Assembly: GCA_973895155.1 (NCBI GenBank) | Contig: OZ316898.1 | Location: 4,885,079-4,949,078, forward strand | DNA from: Marsupella aquatica | Lineage: Eukaryota; Plantae; Marchantiophyta | Reading direction: 5' to 3' | DNA length: 64,000 nucleotides | In this document: in pieces, positions 51,351 to 64,000 of the stretch | Layout: each line of letters begins with the position of its first letter | Numbering within the stretch: position 1 is the first letter of the stretch | Translations under genes and position numbers: made by a program | The notes under the pieces: model-generated | Told to the model about the DNA's origin: nothing | The model's input: the letters and a program-made list of their open reading frames with translations, nothing else | Databases searched by the model: none

Positions 51351-53900
51351 GGTGGAAATCTGCTGCAAGCTGACAGGATGCACCAAAGAAGTAACCACGC
51401 TGTCCACACTAGAGAATCCTGAATAGGAGTCCACTGTTTAGAGTTCTGGTCCTAAAATTTGCCCTCTTCCCTTTCCCTCGTACAAATTACAGCCTCTACT
51501 TCTGCCACAGGAAGCTTTTCACACAAGATTGTCGTCCCCTGAAATTATAGGTGTACACAAGGCCGATTCCGGTCTTCCGCGAACAATTTTAAGACCAATT
51601 GGCCGTCTGACAAACCACTTCAATATTACTCTAGAGCCAATTCATTATCTTTGCTCCTCCCAATCAACATTTTCATCCGACTTGCCCGCTCACGAAGAAA
51701 AACAGCAGGAAAAGCAGAAACAATAATTCGGGTCCACGGTCGATGCACAACGCCAGCAATCCACCTGCTTCACGCTAACTTAGAACCACAAAGCGGTTCC
51801 CCTGTTCCGTAAAGAGCTTCTTCTCACAAATTCTACTCCCATGGAAGAGCTCAGAAAACCTGACCCAATCGCTCCAGCCTTAAAATTACCCCCGGTCCTC
51901 AAACCACGAGCCTTCTGTATGGTGTGTTGCAGTAGTGTCAAGCGTATCAATCATCCCATGCTAAAAGCCACCTCTGGCATCATCACTGGAGCAGCAGAAG
52001 CAGTACACCACCAAAGCCTTCCACTCCTCGAACTTCAGCCTCAATCTATTTTCCTTCAATCCAATCAAACCAAGTCGCTGCTCCTCCTCCTCAAACTACT
52101 TTGCGGGAACAATTAATCACAATAATCATGCCACCAGAACCACCTCCCCCATCCTCTCATTCAACAGCAAACCTAACCAAATCAAACCTTCACTAACAAG
52201 AAAGTTAGAAAATCACCCACACACAGGCGGGAAGTTCTTCAAGTCGACTATTGCAGAATCGCAGACTTCATGCAAATTACAACAGATCAAATCATCAGTA
52301 CGATGTATCCCGCTGCAAAATCCAAGAGAATTCCCGTCCAATCTGCTCATACGAAGTTGAAACACGTCCTCTGTCTGCGAGGCCTTCGATCAGTCTCCTT
52401 CAGAAAAAAAGTGACGTTGCAATATTTCGTATACGCGTGATCCGTGAGACGCCAAGGGACCCCTCCACCGAGCAATTCAGTGACCTGTACACGAGAGAGA
52501 AATCTCAGTCGCCGCCGATGAAACCGTAGAAAATCTCGATGTCAAGCAAACGAACAAAACGTGTGCCAATGGAAACACAGAGTTTTGTCTCTCACTCTCT
52601 TCGGAGAAACACCGGATTTCTGGAGCGAACTGAACATAAAGGGATCCCCGATGGATCGCAAATGTTTCATTGCAACTAGGATGGGCTGGAAAGGTTTTCC
52701 AATTTTATCCGAAAGGTTACACTCCGGACTCGGATGGACCAAGTAGAGCTCTGGCAAGTAGAGACACGTGGTGTAAAGGTCCTTCCTGATTTCTCCCCAT
52801 GCAATTTTTGGTGCTTTATAGAAAAAAGTAGTGTACAATCCAGATTTGAAGGGGTTACCTTCTTATGAAACTTCTCCTCTACTTCTACTAAAAATAGGAA
52901 ATAAGAAATGATCATTTACTAGGGTATTAAACCATCACAACTGCCCATCTTACTATAAAAGCGTCAATTGAAACCTACTCTATAGGGTCTAGGTCTAAAG
53001 TGAAGACTCTATACAGTAACACCCAGTAGAAACAAACCTGATAATGAGATCAATAAGGTCAAACTTTTAAATGAACAAAAGTGACATTGACTCTAAATAA
53101 ACATAAAACAAGATTGCCAAAAAACAAGGATGAGGCAAAGACTAACCAAAATAGTATATAAATCTTATTGTGTAATAATTTTCTTCACATCTATTTACTT
53201 TCCTTGGGTCATGGGACTAGTGCTTATATATATATAAAAGAGCAAGTGTACAAGATTTCTACTTTTTCTCATATTCCGTCATTTCTTTCTTCTAAGGTGT
53301 CTGCTCCACAATTTTTGGACAAAATTATTGTTAGTAGTGAAATTTGGATACTATGGATAATCCGTAGCTCTTGAAGGGGCAGTTGTGTTTCAAGAAGGTG
53401 GGGATAAAGTGAGTGATTTACCAGGATAAATTTTCTTGTATACCAGGGTGGCTAATGTCACCTAGTGAAAAATAGAATATGCTTAGAATATTCCTCCTCT
53501 AATTTTCCTGGACTTATTTCTGACTATTTCTGACCCTAATACATCCCTGGATCTAAGAATAATCATCAGATTCTGGCTAATGGGGTCTATGCCTACAGTA
53601 CCCAAACATAAAAATTCTGGCTAAGTTTTGCCAAAAGTTTGGGTAGGGAAAATTACTCAGTGAATTTGGCAAATTATCACCACTTCAAAAACCTCTGGTG
53701 GTTCTCATGGGCACCTTTGATTGACAGATGAACTCATTTTTAGTGTCGACGGCCACCATGTGACCACCACGAGTGTAGTGTGTCCCTGTAGTTAAATGCC
53801 CGGAAGCTGCCCAGCCCTGGGCAGGCATGTCCACATGTAAATCATGAAGATATTCTAGGACTATTTCATTTTATCATGAGGAGTCAGAATCAGGGAAGGG

Positions 53901-54259
53901 ACCCTTGGGATCCTTTTGGAGGTGATATATCAGTTTTGATATGATGAGATAGTTTTCCGCACTTTGATTGGCTGCTTTCGATGAAAGTGCAAAAGCTATT
54001 GTGAATATATATAATTGTTTCATGTCATGTGGTAAGCATGCTTGCAGTATTCCATGTTTCGAATAAATAGTGTCAAAATAAGGTAACCCTTGGGATCCTT
54101 TTGGAGGTGATATATCAGTATTGATACGATGAGATAGTTTTCTGCGCTTTGATTGGCTGCTTTCGATGTAAAGTGCAAAAGCTATTGTGAATATATATAA
54201 TTGTTTCATGTCATGTGGTAAGCATGCGTGCAGTATTCCATGTTTCAAATAAATGTGCC
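53901..54259. repeat. Two-copy tandem duplication, unit 185 bp
   Basis: ACCCTTGGGATCCTTTT..GGAGGTGATATATCAG..GCAGTATTCCATGTTTC starts at 53901 and 54086. Confidence 0.93.
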
Positions 54260-54631
54260 ATATTGCTGAAGAAATGAGGCCTTTCCTAGGGAACCGTTCC
54301 CCATATCATTTGGTGGTGGGTTTCTTATTATAGCGTGTGTGAAAGTTTGATCCTCTACTAGGCTACCCCAAAATTTACCCTTACTATCCCCCAAACTGTT
54401 ATTGCCCTGAAATTTATCAAACTTAACTTTACCCTTCTTCTTCTCGATATTCTTGCATGTGGGAAAGCTTGATTGGACTTCAGTTGACCACTCCGGTTAC
54501 CCTAACCTAATCCCCCTTCCAAGTGGAGAGAGGATGAGGTGAGGGGAGGTTGCTCCAAAACACCGCCACCCAAAAGTTCAAACGGAAAGCTAGGAATGAT
54601 TGGCATCCGAGATGGAAGGAAAACAGAAAGA

Positions 54632-54938
54632 AATCCAACAGTCAACATTAAATAGTGCCTTTTTCAGATTTGGTATGTTGACTATAAATCTTAGAGAGGT
54701 ACTTGAATCCAGCCTTTTTAAGATTTGGTATGTTGACCATACACTTAGAGAGGTAATCCAACAGTGAATCTTGCCGTTTTCAGATTAGTTATGCTGACCA
54801 AACATTTAGAGACTCCAACATTGAATCCTGCTGTTTTCAGATTAGTTATGTAGCCCAAACATTTAAAGAGGTACTCCAACATTGAATCCTGCAGTTTTCA
54901 GATTAGATGATTTGACCAAATACTTAGAGAGGTACTCC
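54632..54938. repeat. Minisatellite, about 5 units of 50-60 bp
   Basis: Consensus TCCAACATTGAATCCTGCNGTTTTCAGATTAGTTATGTTGACCAAACATTTAGAGAGGTAC. A second, degenerate array (GGTCTTAGCTTATT..AGATTAGAAC) follows to about 55380. Confidence 0.85.
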
Positions 54939-55388
54939 GTGACAGGTGGTCTTAGCGTATTGTGGTGTAAACTAGACTAGGTGGTCTAAAGTAGATTAGA
55001 ACATACTTATCGAGGTACATCCAAGGAGGTCATAGGTTATTGTGGTGCTTGAAAGTAGGTTAGAACAGACATTCAAGACGGTTTTAGCGTCTTACAATGA
55101 TTTAAGGATATTAGAACACACTTGGTCATAGCTTATTATAGTGATTTGAATTTAAATCTAAATTAGATTAGAAGACGTTTAAGTGATGGTCATTGAAGGA
55201 GATCTTAACTTATTATAGTGGTTTGAGGTATTTATGGGGCCATGAGTCTCTTTCTTCTAAGAAAATTAATTAAATTGAAAACTGAAAAGTTCATATAAGA
55301 ACACACTTAGAGCTACAAGATAACATTGAAGGACGTCTTAGCCTATTATATTGGTTAAAGTAAATTAATTAATTAGAATTAGATTTGA

Positions 55389-55442
55389 ACACTGCAAGAG
55401 TTCAGCACACTGCAAGAGTTCAGCACACTGCAAGAGTTCAGC
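55389..55442. repeat. Perfect 3 x 18-bp tandem repeat
   Basis: ACACTGCAAGAGTTCAGC x3. Confidence 0.95.
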
Positions 55443-56580
55443 TCCACGTATGCATCCCCTGGCAGGTACCCGGGTATCCTGTCCCAGATATTTTAATTCG
55501 ATAATGGCGTTTCCTGGCACAGCAGGTAGCCATTACCAGGCAATACTTTCATAATCGTCAGTGAGAATTTTGACGGGGAACAACACAAGCTTTGGAACTA
55601 GAAAAGCAACCTGTGGGAGACCCACAAAACGGCGGCATCTGTTAGGAAATCTCCAAGGTAGCACTATGATCAGATCAATCAACATTACAGAAAGCAAGTG
55701 GTCAACAAAACTCTTTCTTAGTGACCCTGTACTCTGTAAAGCCACTGAATTGAGTTCTCCGCATCAGTACATGTACCAACTCAATCTAATTTTGCTCATC
55801 GGGTCAAACAATCAACTCAATAATCTACAAATACTGCTGTTAAACTCGCTGGTCAAGCTAACAGTAAGCTGACAGTGTTCCTCTGTGTGACTTACACGGG
55901 ACATCCAAGACTGCGCTCCAGCTGTGGTATTCATACAACATCCAGTTTCCCCATAGGGAACAAATGAATTGTTAAGAAATCTCACAACAGTGGCAGGGAA
56001 TTGATCTTGTACAGCCAGCACTAAAATTGTTTGATAGGCAGTGAGCTCTGCTGTTTCAGCACTTCTCCAACTACCAACACGCATAAAGTGGCTTTTTTGC
56101 TCAAAAGTGAAACTATGCAACTCATGGGACATTGAAAACTGCACTTCAGTTGTGGTACTGATATGACAACTGGTCTTCTCAGGGGGGCCGTATGAACCCA
56201 AACTCGTCCACGATATATAGTCACTCCCAGTCCTGCTCCTAGACCTGTCAGGGTGATGGGGAATATGCGCCTTGCACAGGGACAATTCTTCACAGTCTGA
56301 AGTAATTAAAATCTCCGAACAAAGTCTCAAGAAAGGAAAGGTGCCAAACTGATTGGCCCCTGAAACACGCAAGTATCTTGAATGTCAGCCAACGATCGAG
56401 TGAGCCAGTTGATGAACTTAAAGAAACTTGGCTCTAGCCTTCATTGGCGTCGAAAGAGCTCCAACAGATGTTTTGCCTCTCTGTCAAGAGAAATGTTCTC
56501 TTGGATCAAATAATGTGGTCGAAGCTACTAACAACATAATGGCAGAGTCTGATTGTAAACTGCAAAATATGGCAACTTTG

Positions 56581-58429
56581 TCAAATGTTGAAATTTTGCA
56601 AAGGCCTCCTAGTCACTCTTGATTTATCGTAGAGATCATGGTGGCCCCACACACGGGCAGCAACAGCATAAAACATCAAGACCACTGCGAGGAGGCCAAC
56701 AACGTGTGCAGTAAGCTGACTGTTGGCTAAGGATTGCCCACGTATCTCCAATTCTGGCGCATCACAAACGATATCTGAACTTGGTTTCAACCAACATCCA
56801 GTTGGCAGCAGTGGTCCATATAGTGTAAATGCGGTTTGGTAGAACCACAAGCCTTGCATAGTAATTGCCAAGCCGCCCGAAAGATCTATTAGAAAACTTT
56901 CAGGAAATGCTGCACCCAGTAACGAGAATAGAATACAGAGGCCAATCAGCAACACTAGCACCTTGTGGTAGCGTCCTTCCAGGCCTGCATGACTAGTCGA
57001 GTGAAAGTAGAACAACAAGTATTCTGCAGTAAATGCCATTGCCGCAATGACGTATAGAGCGCCTTCCGGTAATGAGATCAGCCTGCAAACGCGTCCATGA
57101 ACCGGGTGTCAATTGACAACTACCATTCTTCGACACTGGTTTTCAGCATTTCACTCCTGTTTAACAATTAAAAGACTAATATCATCATGATGCTGGTCTC
57201 GTACACGTTGCAACCTTTGAGCTTTTTAGTACAACTCTGGAAACCATATTTGATTGTCTCGCCTCACCCAAGTTATGACCAGCAAGATGAGTACGTGAAG
57301 GTACTTTCGTAAGATAGCCATAACACACTACAATCATTGAAGTCATGCATGGACTGATTTCAAGGAAGGAGATCCACAAACGATTCCTCAAATTCAGGTT
57401 CCTGTCCTTTCGAATCAATTCTACACAGGTACCAAGTAATTTTGACGGATACTCATAAGTAATGGTTGATAGTCTTGAGCTGAGCTATGGCCTGCCTCTA
57501 CGTTACACTAGAACTAGGGCCTTAACAATTGCTAATTCTAAATCTCAATAGATGCAAGATACTCACAGAGACTTCTTAGTAGCTCAGTTTTTCTAGGTCA
57601 CTGAATAACAAATTCGGATGGTGAGGTTGGTAAAATTGGATTGGCCAAAATTGCTTCTTGTGCTCAGCAAAGCGTTCACAACTTGCTTGTAAACCACAAA
57701 GATGCAAGGTCGCTATAAAATCCATTCACTTTTTGTGGTTGAACATTGGCAGACAAAGCACGTCCTCACTGCTGGGAAGAGAGTTTTTCATCCATCCTCT
57801 ATAGTTGGAAATGCAACAACACGAACGACTATAGATTTTAAGATGCAGAGCAAATGGACTTGCGAATAGAAAGGCCAACTCTCTTACATAAATAATTTCT
57901 CTTCTGTAACCAAAACCCGTGATAATCTGATTCCTGATATAATGGAATTATTATGATAGGTGAGTGGCATCTACCAGTGAAGAGCATTCCAATTCAAATC
58001 CGTAACTAAGCTCATAATGAGATAGAGAAAGAGAGACAATGAATCGAGCTAATGAGAAGTGTTACGGCTTTTGACAACGTACCCTGTGCTCTCGTTGAGA
58101 ATGCAAGTCACGAAGAAAATGAAAAACATGAGGAGCATGGCCGCATGCTCGAAATCATTCATATGTCTCGGGTTGAGCTCCCCATCAACGATAAACTTCA
58201 AATGAGTTGAGTAGAAGAATTCGATACACATGTCTATAAAGCTCCCCACTGCAATTAGGTACAATTCAGTGTATTTGAGATTTCCTTTGACGCCACGAAC
58301 CGGATGCCACACTCGTCCCCGGAACGCTCTCGGATGGGCCACAAAGTTCAAAATGGAGTTGAAAATGTGCCATAACCCTACCATGATGAACATCGAGCCG
58401 GGCAACAAATGACCCTTAAACGAACCCAT
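56581..58429 (-). CDS. TMEM45 / DUF716 family multi-pass membrane protein, 2 exons, about 282 aa
   Basis: Exons 58429-58083 and 57082-56581 (phase 2; GG|GTACGT ... TTTGCAG|G). Motifs MGSFKGHLLPGS..GLWH, HMNDFEHAAMLLMF, AFTAEYLLFYFHSTSHAGLEGRYH, QGLWFYQTAFTLYGP. Confidence 0.9.
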
Positions 58430-59289
58430 CCTCTTCTCCTTAAAAACCTAAATCCTTTCGTTTTTTTCTCTTCCGTTCTTTCGCACTCCCTCTCTCTGCT
58501 CTCCCTCTCTCTGTTGTTCTATCTGTCTGTATCTCTGTGTGTCTGCCTCTCTGTTTCCCCTCTCTAATTCTCTCTGTTCTCCACTCTCTCGCTCCCGCTC
58601 TCCTTGTGCAACACTAAGAGCACCACAAAAGCTCTCGAGCTGTCAATTGATCAGAATGCAAGCCCGGCTTCATCGTCGTCCCGAATCTCCGCCCACTCTG
58701 ATCTAGCGAGCGAGAAATAAGAAAAATTCTCGTCCTCGAAGCCAGATCTATTGTAATTCAGCTCCACAGCGAGCTACCACTCAAAACGGATATGCCGCTG
58801 CTGCTTCGAAAGCCCTCACTCGTCATCATCATATATCATTCTGAGGGCGAAAAAGCCCAAACACACATCCAAATCCAAATCCAAATCCAAAACCAAAACT
58901 CCAGCGATGGAGAGCCACTCAATCAGCTAGCAGCATACCACCACTGTAAAAGCTCTGTCTGATGTCTGCGCGTCGTTCGACACAGCATGTGTTTGAAGTG
59001 AGAGAATCCAAGAGCTCGCAGCTCGAATCAGCTCACGCAGACTGATGGGATGTGCATCCAGGACGAAGGAAGAGAGGGGGTGGAGGTTCAATCGAGATGG
59101 AAATGGAATTCACGTCGTCCAGTCCAACATCATTCTTCCCACTCACCGACCGACTGACCCACCGACCGACCTTACTGTACAACAACAACAACAACACAAC
59201 TGAAAAAAAAAAAGCCAAATCGTCGAGACTTGTGTTTCTCTTTGGTTGCGAAGTGAGTGAATTCAATCCCCATGGTTTGGACTGAGGAG

Positions 59290-59843
59290 AACCATCGAAG
59301 GTGATGATCCGGAGGGACCACAATAGGAATTAAGCGCATCCGGATGGACCACAAAAAACCCTTGTATATTCATCAGTGAGGTTGCTTTGTTAACCTTATC
59401 CTTATTAACGCCAAGCTCAACCTTCTTGTTTCTGATTGAATTTAAGAAAGAATGTCTTAAAGCACAACTATTTGTATAAGAGCTAATATGGGTTTTCATT
59501 ACACAGGCACAAGTATAGGTTTCACTAGGATAGGACTTGTGCTTCACCTTTTATAGTTGAACCATTGAAGGTGATGATCCGGAACGACCACAAAAGGAAT
59601 TAAGCCCATCCAGATGGACCACAAAACACCCTTGTGTATGCATCAGTGAGTTTTCTTTGTTAACCGTATCCTTATTAAAAGCCAATCTCAGCCTTCTTGT
59701 TTTCTGATTGAATTTAAGAAAGAATATCTTAAACCACAATTATTTGTATAAGAGCTATGGGTTTTCATTACACAGGCACAAGTTTGGTTCACTAGGATAG
59801 GATTTGTGCACACAAGGGACTTGGGCTCCACCTTTTATGGTTG
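59290..59843. repeat. Two-copy tandem duplication, unit about 270 bp, in the divergent TMEM45/AUG5 intergenic region
   Basis: AACCAT(C/T)GAAGGTGATGATCCGGA..CACCTTTTAT(A/G)GTTGA starts at 59290 and 59560. Confidence 0.92.
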
Positions 59844-61749
59844 ATACACTGTTCACCGTGAGACATGAATGACCACTAGCCGGGCAGAGAATGGGGCACT
59901 TTTATATGGACAGGCGTGGTTTAAGAGAGATGGGAGGGAGTTCGGCGTAGAATCCAAATGGCATCATGTTGGGCCCATCTAAATGGGCCTCAATTTCTAG
60001 GGTCCGCTATGAGCCCACTTACTCTGTTCACAAGATCATTGTGAACGCAGGTCATCAGGTAGGAATTGTGCAACAAGGCAACATAGCTCTGATACGGCAC
60101 TTAATATATTTTCAGTGACCCGTTCTTTGATTAAATTAGGAACCAGACGGGACAATGGGGTCTATGTAGTAATAGCGGAAACAAGCAGGGAAGTGGGGTG
60201 ACCCAATGTGTGAGAGATGTTCCATGACCCCCCATAAGTACATGTTTGAGCATATGAAAGTACAGTGGCTCACAATTTCCTCATATTGTTTTTGCAGCAT
60301 TAGCCTAAATGTTTCAGCTGAGTAAAATCATGCAATTTAAAAATATATATATTTCTAGCCACTCTTTGAAACTATCGGTCAGGGGAGTCAAAGGTCCAGT
60401 TTTAAGAGATTTTTTGTCCTAAATGTTTAACACACATACATACATGCAGAAAGCATTTTATATCACATTGCAAAAGCACAAGATGCGCCAAACTGGAAGA
60501 CTCAATACTATATGCCAGAGGTTCGAAAGGAGGAGAAAACAAGTAAAAAAAAATTCCAGTTAAGACCAAAGAACCAAAGAGTCCTCTACAATAAAACCCT
60601 ACTAGTGAAAATGCTTTAAGATGGGAAGCTTTATTTTGAATTGGCCTTTAAAAGACTTTAAAAAAATAGTGAAAAACATGTAGAGCTACTGTAACATTTT
60701 TGGCGCGAATGCAGTTTTCAGATGCATGGATTCTCAACAATGAAGGGCCCACATCAAACAACACAGGAAAGGTTCTGTCTGATATTCATAAATAATAAAA
60801 CATTTAATCTGGGCCGTCAGAGTTTTCAGTGGACGGTCTAAAGAAGGTGAATGCCCGACGGTCTTCATGTTTCACAACGTATCCTGATGGACCATTACAC
60901 TCCGGATAGGCCACAAACTAAACTCTCTTGTACTCAGATAGTAATTATTGTTTTTAAACACTGTTTGGGTAAACAATGAGCGAGTCCATCCGAGTCACAG
61001 CCTCAAACATTGAGGCCCATCTGGGCACAAACTTTGGGTCACGGCGTTGAGAGGTTTTAGAGATTTGATTAACTCTGCTAATTAGAACATTAGTAAAAGC
61101 CATGTGCCACAGAACCACTAATCCCAGATTTTGTCGATGAGTTGACTCACAGAACTCTAGTTTCCCACGGCGTAATCGAGTTTACGGATTTGTATTAGCA
61201 AGAGCTGCTGCTGCGATAATGTTCTGGTGGCAAACTCTCCGGAGTCCGAAGCTCCAACTATACGTCACATTACAGAGCTCGAGGCGCATTTCATGGATTG
61301 ATGGAGCTCAGTCTGGTGAATTTGTCCCGGTGGAACTATTCGGAGCATAACCAGCATCAGCCGTTCGGCTGGAGAGCAAGGGCTTGAGCAAAGCAAAGCT
61401 GGGCTTAGTTTGAAGAATCTCAGATTTGGTTAAGAGAATTGTTGAGGGGACTGTGTGTGGGGGAAGGGAAGGCTGGAAATGCAGCTCTATCAATGTGGTG
61501 TTCTGCTGGTTGGACTGTCTGGGGCATCATCATCGGCATCATCGGGTTGTGGGTGAAAACGAGTTGCAAAGCTAAGTGAAGCGGCGTTTGAAGAGTCTCT
61601 GATTTTTGATTTTGTTCAGTTGTTTGAGGGGGACTGTGTGTGGAGAAGGAAAGGTGAGTTAGAAGAGAGGAGGAGGTCAATTGATTCGGTCGGAGGGGAG
61701 GGTTTGGAAGGAGGAAGGAGGAAGGAGGAAGGAGCGGGAGGTGGAAAGT

Positions 61750-63741
61750 ATGAATCCCCGGGCAGATGAGATTCTTGAGTGGCTGGAGAAAGAAATCGGG
61801 TACAGAAATCCGCCGTCAGTGGAGGCCATTGCCAAGATCTGCAGGGGCAACATGCTCCCAATTTGGAAATTTCTTCTGGAGAGGGTGAAGTCGGAGAAGA
61901 CGGTGGAGAAAATGAGGAGGAATTTGCACGTGCACGGAAGTGACGTTGTGGTTCCGTCGTCGGTGATGCTGAAAGAGAAGGAGCAGCGGCTGAAGGAGAG
62001 TGAAAGAAACCTCGCCAATGCGGCCTCTGAGGAGGAGCCAGGAGGAGGAGGAGGTAAGCAGCTGGTAGATAGGGGGCGAAGGAGACCTCTAGATGGGAAG
62101 GTGAGCAAAGCAGCAGCCACAGGAGGAGGCGGAGGAGGAGGACCTTCTGGCAGGGGTGGTAAAGGAAAGGAGATGAGAGAGAAAGAGGAGTTGAATGATG
62201 AGAGGGGGGAGTCCAGAGAGAGGGCATTGCAGGAACGGGATGCAGCTGAAAAGGAGGTGGCAACTTTGAGGCTCGCACTGGAACGACTCACAAAGGAGAT
62301 GAGAGCGAGAATGTCAGACATTGCCAAGGAGGAAGGGGAGCGGCGCCGATTGCTGGACGAGAAGTCCGATTCTAGGTCTTGCCCTGCTCCTTCCTTTCTC
62401 TACTCCGCCCGCTTCGGTACCCATTGTTCGTCTATCACATATGTGTTCGATTTCATATTTTCCCCAGTTGCAGCCCACCTCCCGTTCCTTCACCTTCCTG
62501 ATTAACGTGAAAACAGTGGCGCTTGTCCCTACCATCTGGGTTATGGTAATGTAGATCTTGGAGTTCTGCCTCTTCCCCCTCCGTCTCCGTCCACAATGTG
62601 CCTCATTACTTCTTGCTTACTTAGCGAACTCTCCATCTCGTACCTTTTGTCTTCTCTCCCTGGTGGGAGTTCGTGGACTTTAAAAATCAAATTCACACAT
62701 TCGTTCCACTTATTTCGCTTGCGTGGTGTTCCTTCGCCTTACCAGTGATGTGGGTCCAGATGTTCTGCCTCTCTTCGTCTGTACCCACGAAATTATCTTG
62801 GCTTTATAAATGATCTGATTCAGCTGTAGCAAACATCAGAGAATTGAAGGTTTCACAGCCTCTGCACTTAAATACGTGTATGTTGAGAATTTTCTTGCTT
62901 CTATCGAGGTTTTGTTGCGAGCTCTTTGGGACCATTACTAAAGAGCAAGAGTAAAATTGAACTATAGTGTTCTCAGAAAGATAACATGCTGAAGAAATTG
63001 ACAAGCACGGCCTGTCCCTTGCGAAGTTGGGGATCTGTTTATTCAATTTATTGTTTCATTCTGTTTCTTTTCGTTGCCACATGTGTTTTCCACCTCGCCA
63101 CATGACCTGCAAATGATAGATCGCAAGGAGTCAATGTGATTTTCGACTCGGATTGAGTGAGGATTTAAGGATGGCAATCAATTCTGCAGGTACAAGCAAG
63201 TGCTGTTGGAAGCATATGACCAACGTTGTGAGCAAGCCATTAAAATCCTGTCTGAATACTGGCGACGATTACATAGTTATGTAGAGCAAGCCAGGGAGTC
63301 ACAGCGAGGCAAGACAGGCTGGTCGGACGTGGCAGCTCCCGATTCCATGCGCACCAGAAGGGAGCCGGCATTGTATACCACTGCCATGAAAGGAGGTCGT
63401 CTAGTTGAGGATGAAATGGTTGTAGAAACTGCAGAGGACAGGAGCATTAGGCTAACATGCGAGATGATCTCAGCCAACCTTGTTGAGAAAATTAGAGCCG
63501 CCTTCCCTGCTTATGATGGAGATGCAGCTAGACCTGAGATTCAGTTGAGGGACACCAGACTTGGGTTAGTAGTAGATACGGCAGATGGCATACCCGAGCA
63601 GGTGAGGGAGACAGCTCTGCGTATGTTAAAGAGCCCTCAACAACTGCTCCAAGCTATGGTTAATTACTCGTCTCGTGTAGTCACTGCCATTCAACGTGAG
63701 ACTGAGGACATTGATATCAGAGCTGATGCAGAACATCTGAG
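61750..63741 (+). CDS. AUG5: Augmin/HAUS complex subunit 5, first two exons (gene continues past the window end)
   Basis: Exons 61750-62375 and 63190-63741 (phase 2, giving SR-YKQVLLEAYDQ). EILEWLEKEIGY, ICRGNMLPIWKFLLERVKSEKTVEKMRRN, LTKEMRARM..EEGERRR and IDIRADAE match plant AUG5. Donor AG|GTGATT at 63742 with no in-exon stop. Confidence 0.9.
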
Positions 63742-64000
63742 GTGATTCTGCTTTTCTCTCCCCCTTTTTCTTGTCAATGTTAATGAGCGTATCAGAAGAA
63801 GTAGTTGTGCGTTCTTTTGTTTCTCTTTTTCTTCTATGAATGAGATAAAGATATCTTACATCAAGTGTACAGAGCCAGGACTGAATTAGACATTAATGAC
63901 AGTCTTGTCCTTGACCTTCCAAGCTTGCTTTAGATCTAGAAGTCGTCAATTTAAGAATTTTTACATTGAAGGCTATTTGGCGTTACATTTATGTAGATAC

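Noticed and set aside
54632-55380. CRISPR-like appearance of the repeats
   Set aside because: Eukaryotic context, degenerate contiguous units, no unique spacers and no cas genes.
55812-56372. 186-aa ORF downstream of TMEM45
   Set aside because: Non-ATG start in the probable 3' UTR; no recognisable family.
59276-59295. TTGGACTGAGGAG resembling miR319/159
   Set aside because: Only about 9 nt match and there is no hairpin partner.
59302-59436. GTGATGA...CTGA in both copies of the 270-bp duplication, suggesting tandem C/D snoRNAs
   Set aside because: Terminal stem is only about 2 bp, no rRNA guide recognised, and similarity extends evenly beyond the boxes. A snoscan or Rfam hit would overturn this.
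61616-62327. Ser/Pro-rich minus-strand ORFs of 216 and 220 aa
   Set aside because: Antisense of the purine-rich AUG5 exon 1.

Overview
Eukaryotic nuclear DNA from a land plant, most plausibly a non-seed, bryophyte-grade species (inference from GT-AG introns, very long GA-rich 5' leaders, RLE-type non-LTR remnants and a citrin/AGC-type carrier). Eight protein-coding genes can be assembled by hand with canonical, in-phase splice sites: an EF-hand/TPR/ZZ protein of the At1g05150 type (+), a UBL-BAG co-chaperone (+), a TMEM14/FAX5-6-like protein (+), an unidentified 12-exon coiled-coil protein (-), a GT34 XXT-like glycosyltransferase (-), an AGC/citrin-like mitochondrial-carrier-family protein with a roughly 345-aa non-EF-hand N-terminal extension (-), a TMEM45/DUF716 protein (-) and the 5' part of augmin subunit 5 (+). 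The ORF track misses an intron-containing pseudogene fragment of plastid biotin carboxylase and one of two tail-to-tail RLE-type retrotransposon remnants. Intergenic DNA carries many 2-3 copy local tandem duplications; one copies the FAX terminal exon and another the BAG start codon. Best leads: (1) the AGC-type carrier with a plastid/thylakoid-like bipartite targeting signal, (2) the duplicated FAX terminal exon that would remove a KKxx signal, (3) three upstream boxes complementary to the duplicated BAG start codon. No tRNA, rRNA or CRISPR features were found. All family calls come from recalled motifs, not database searches.
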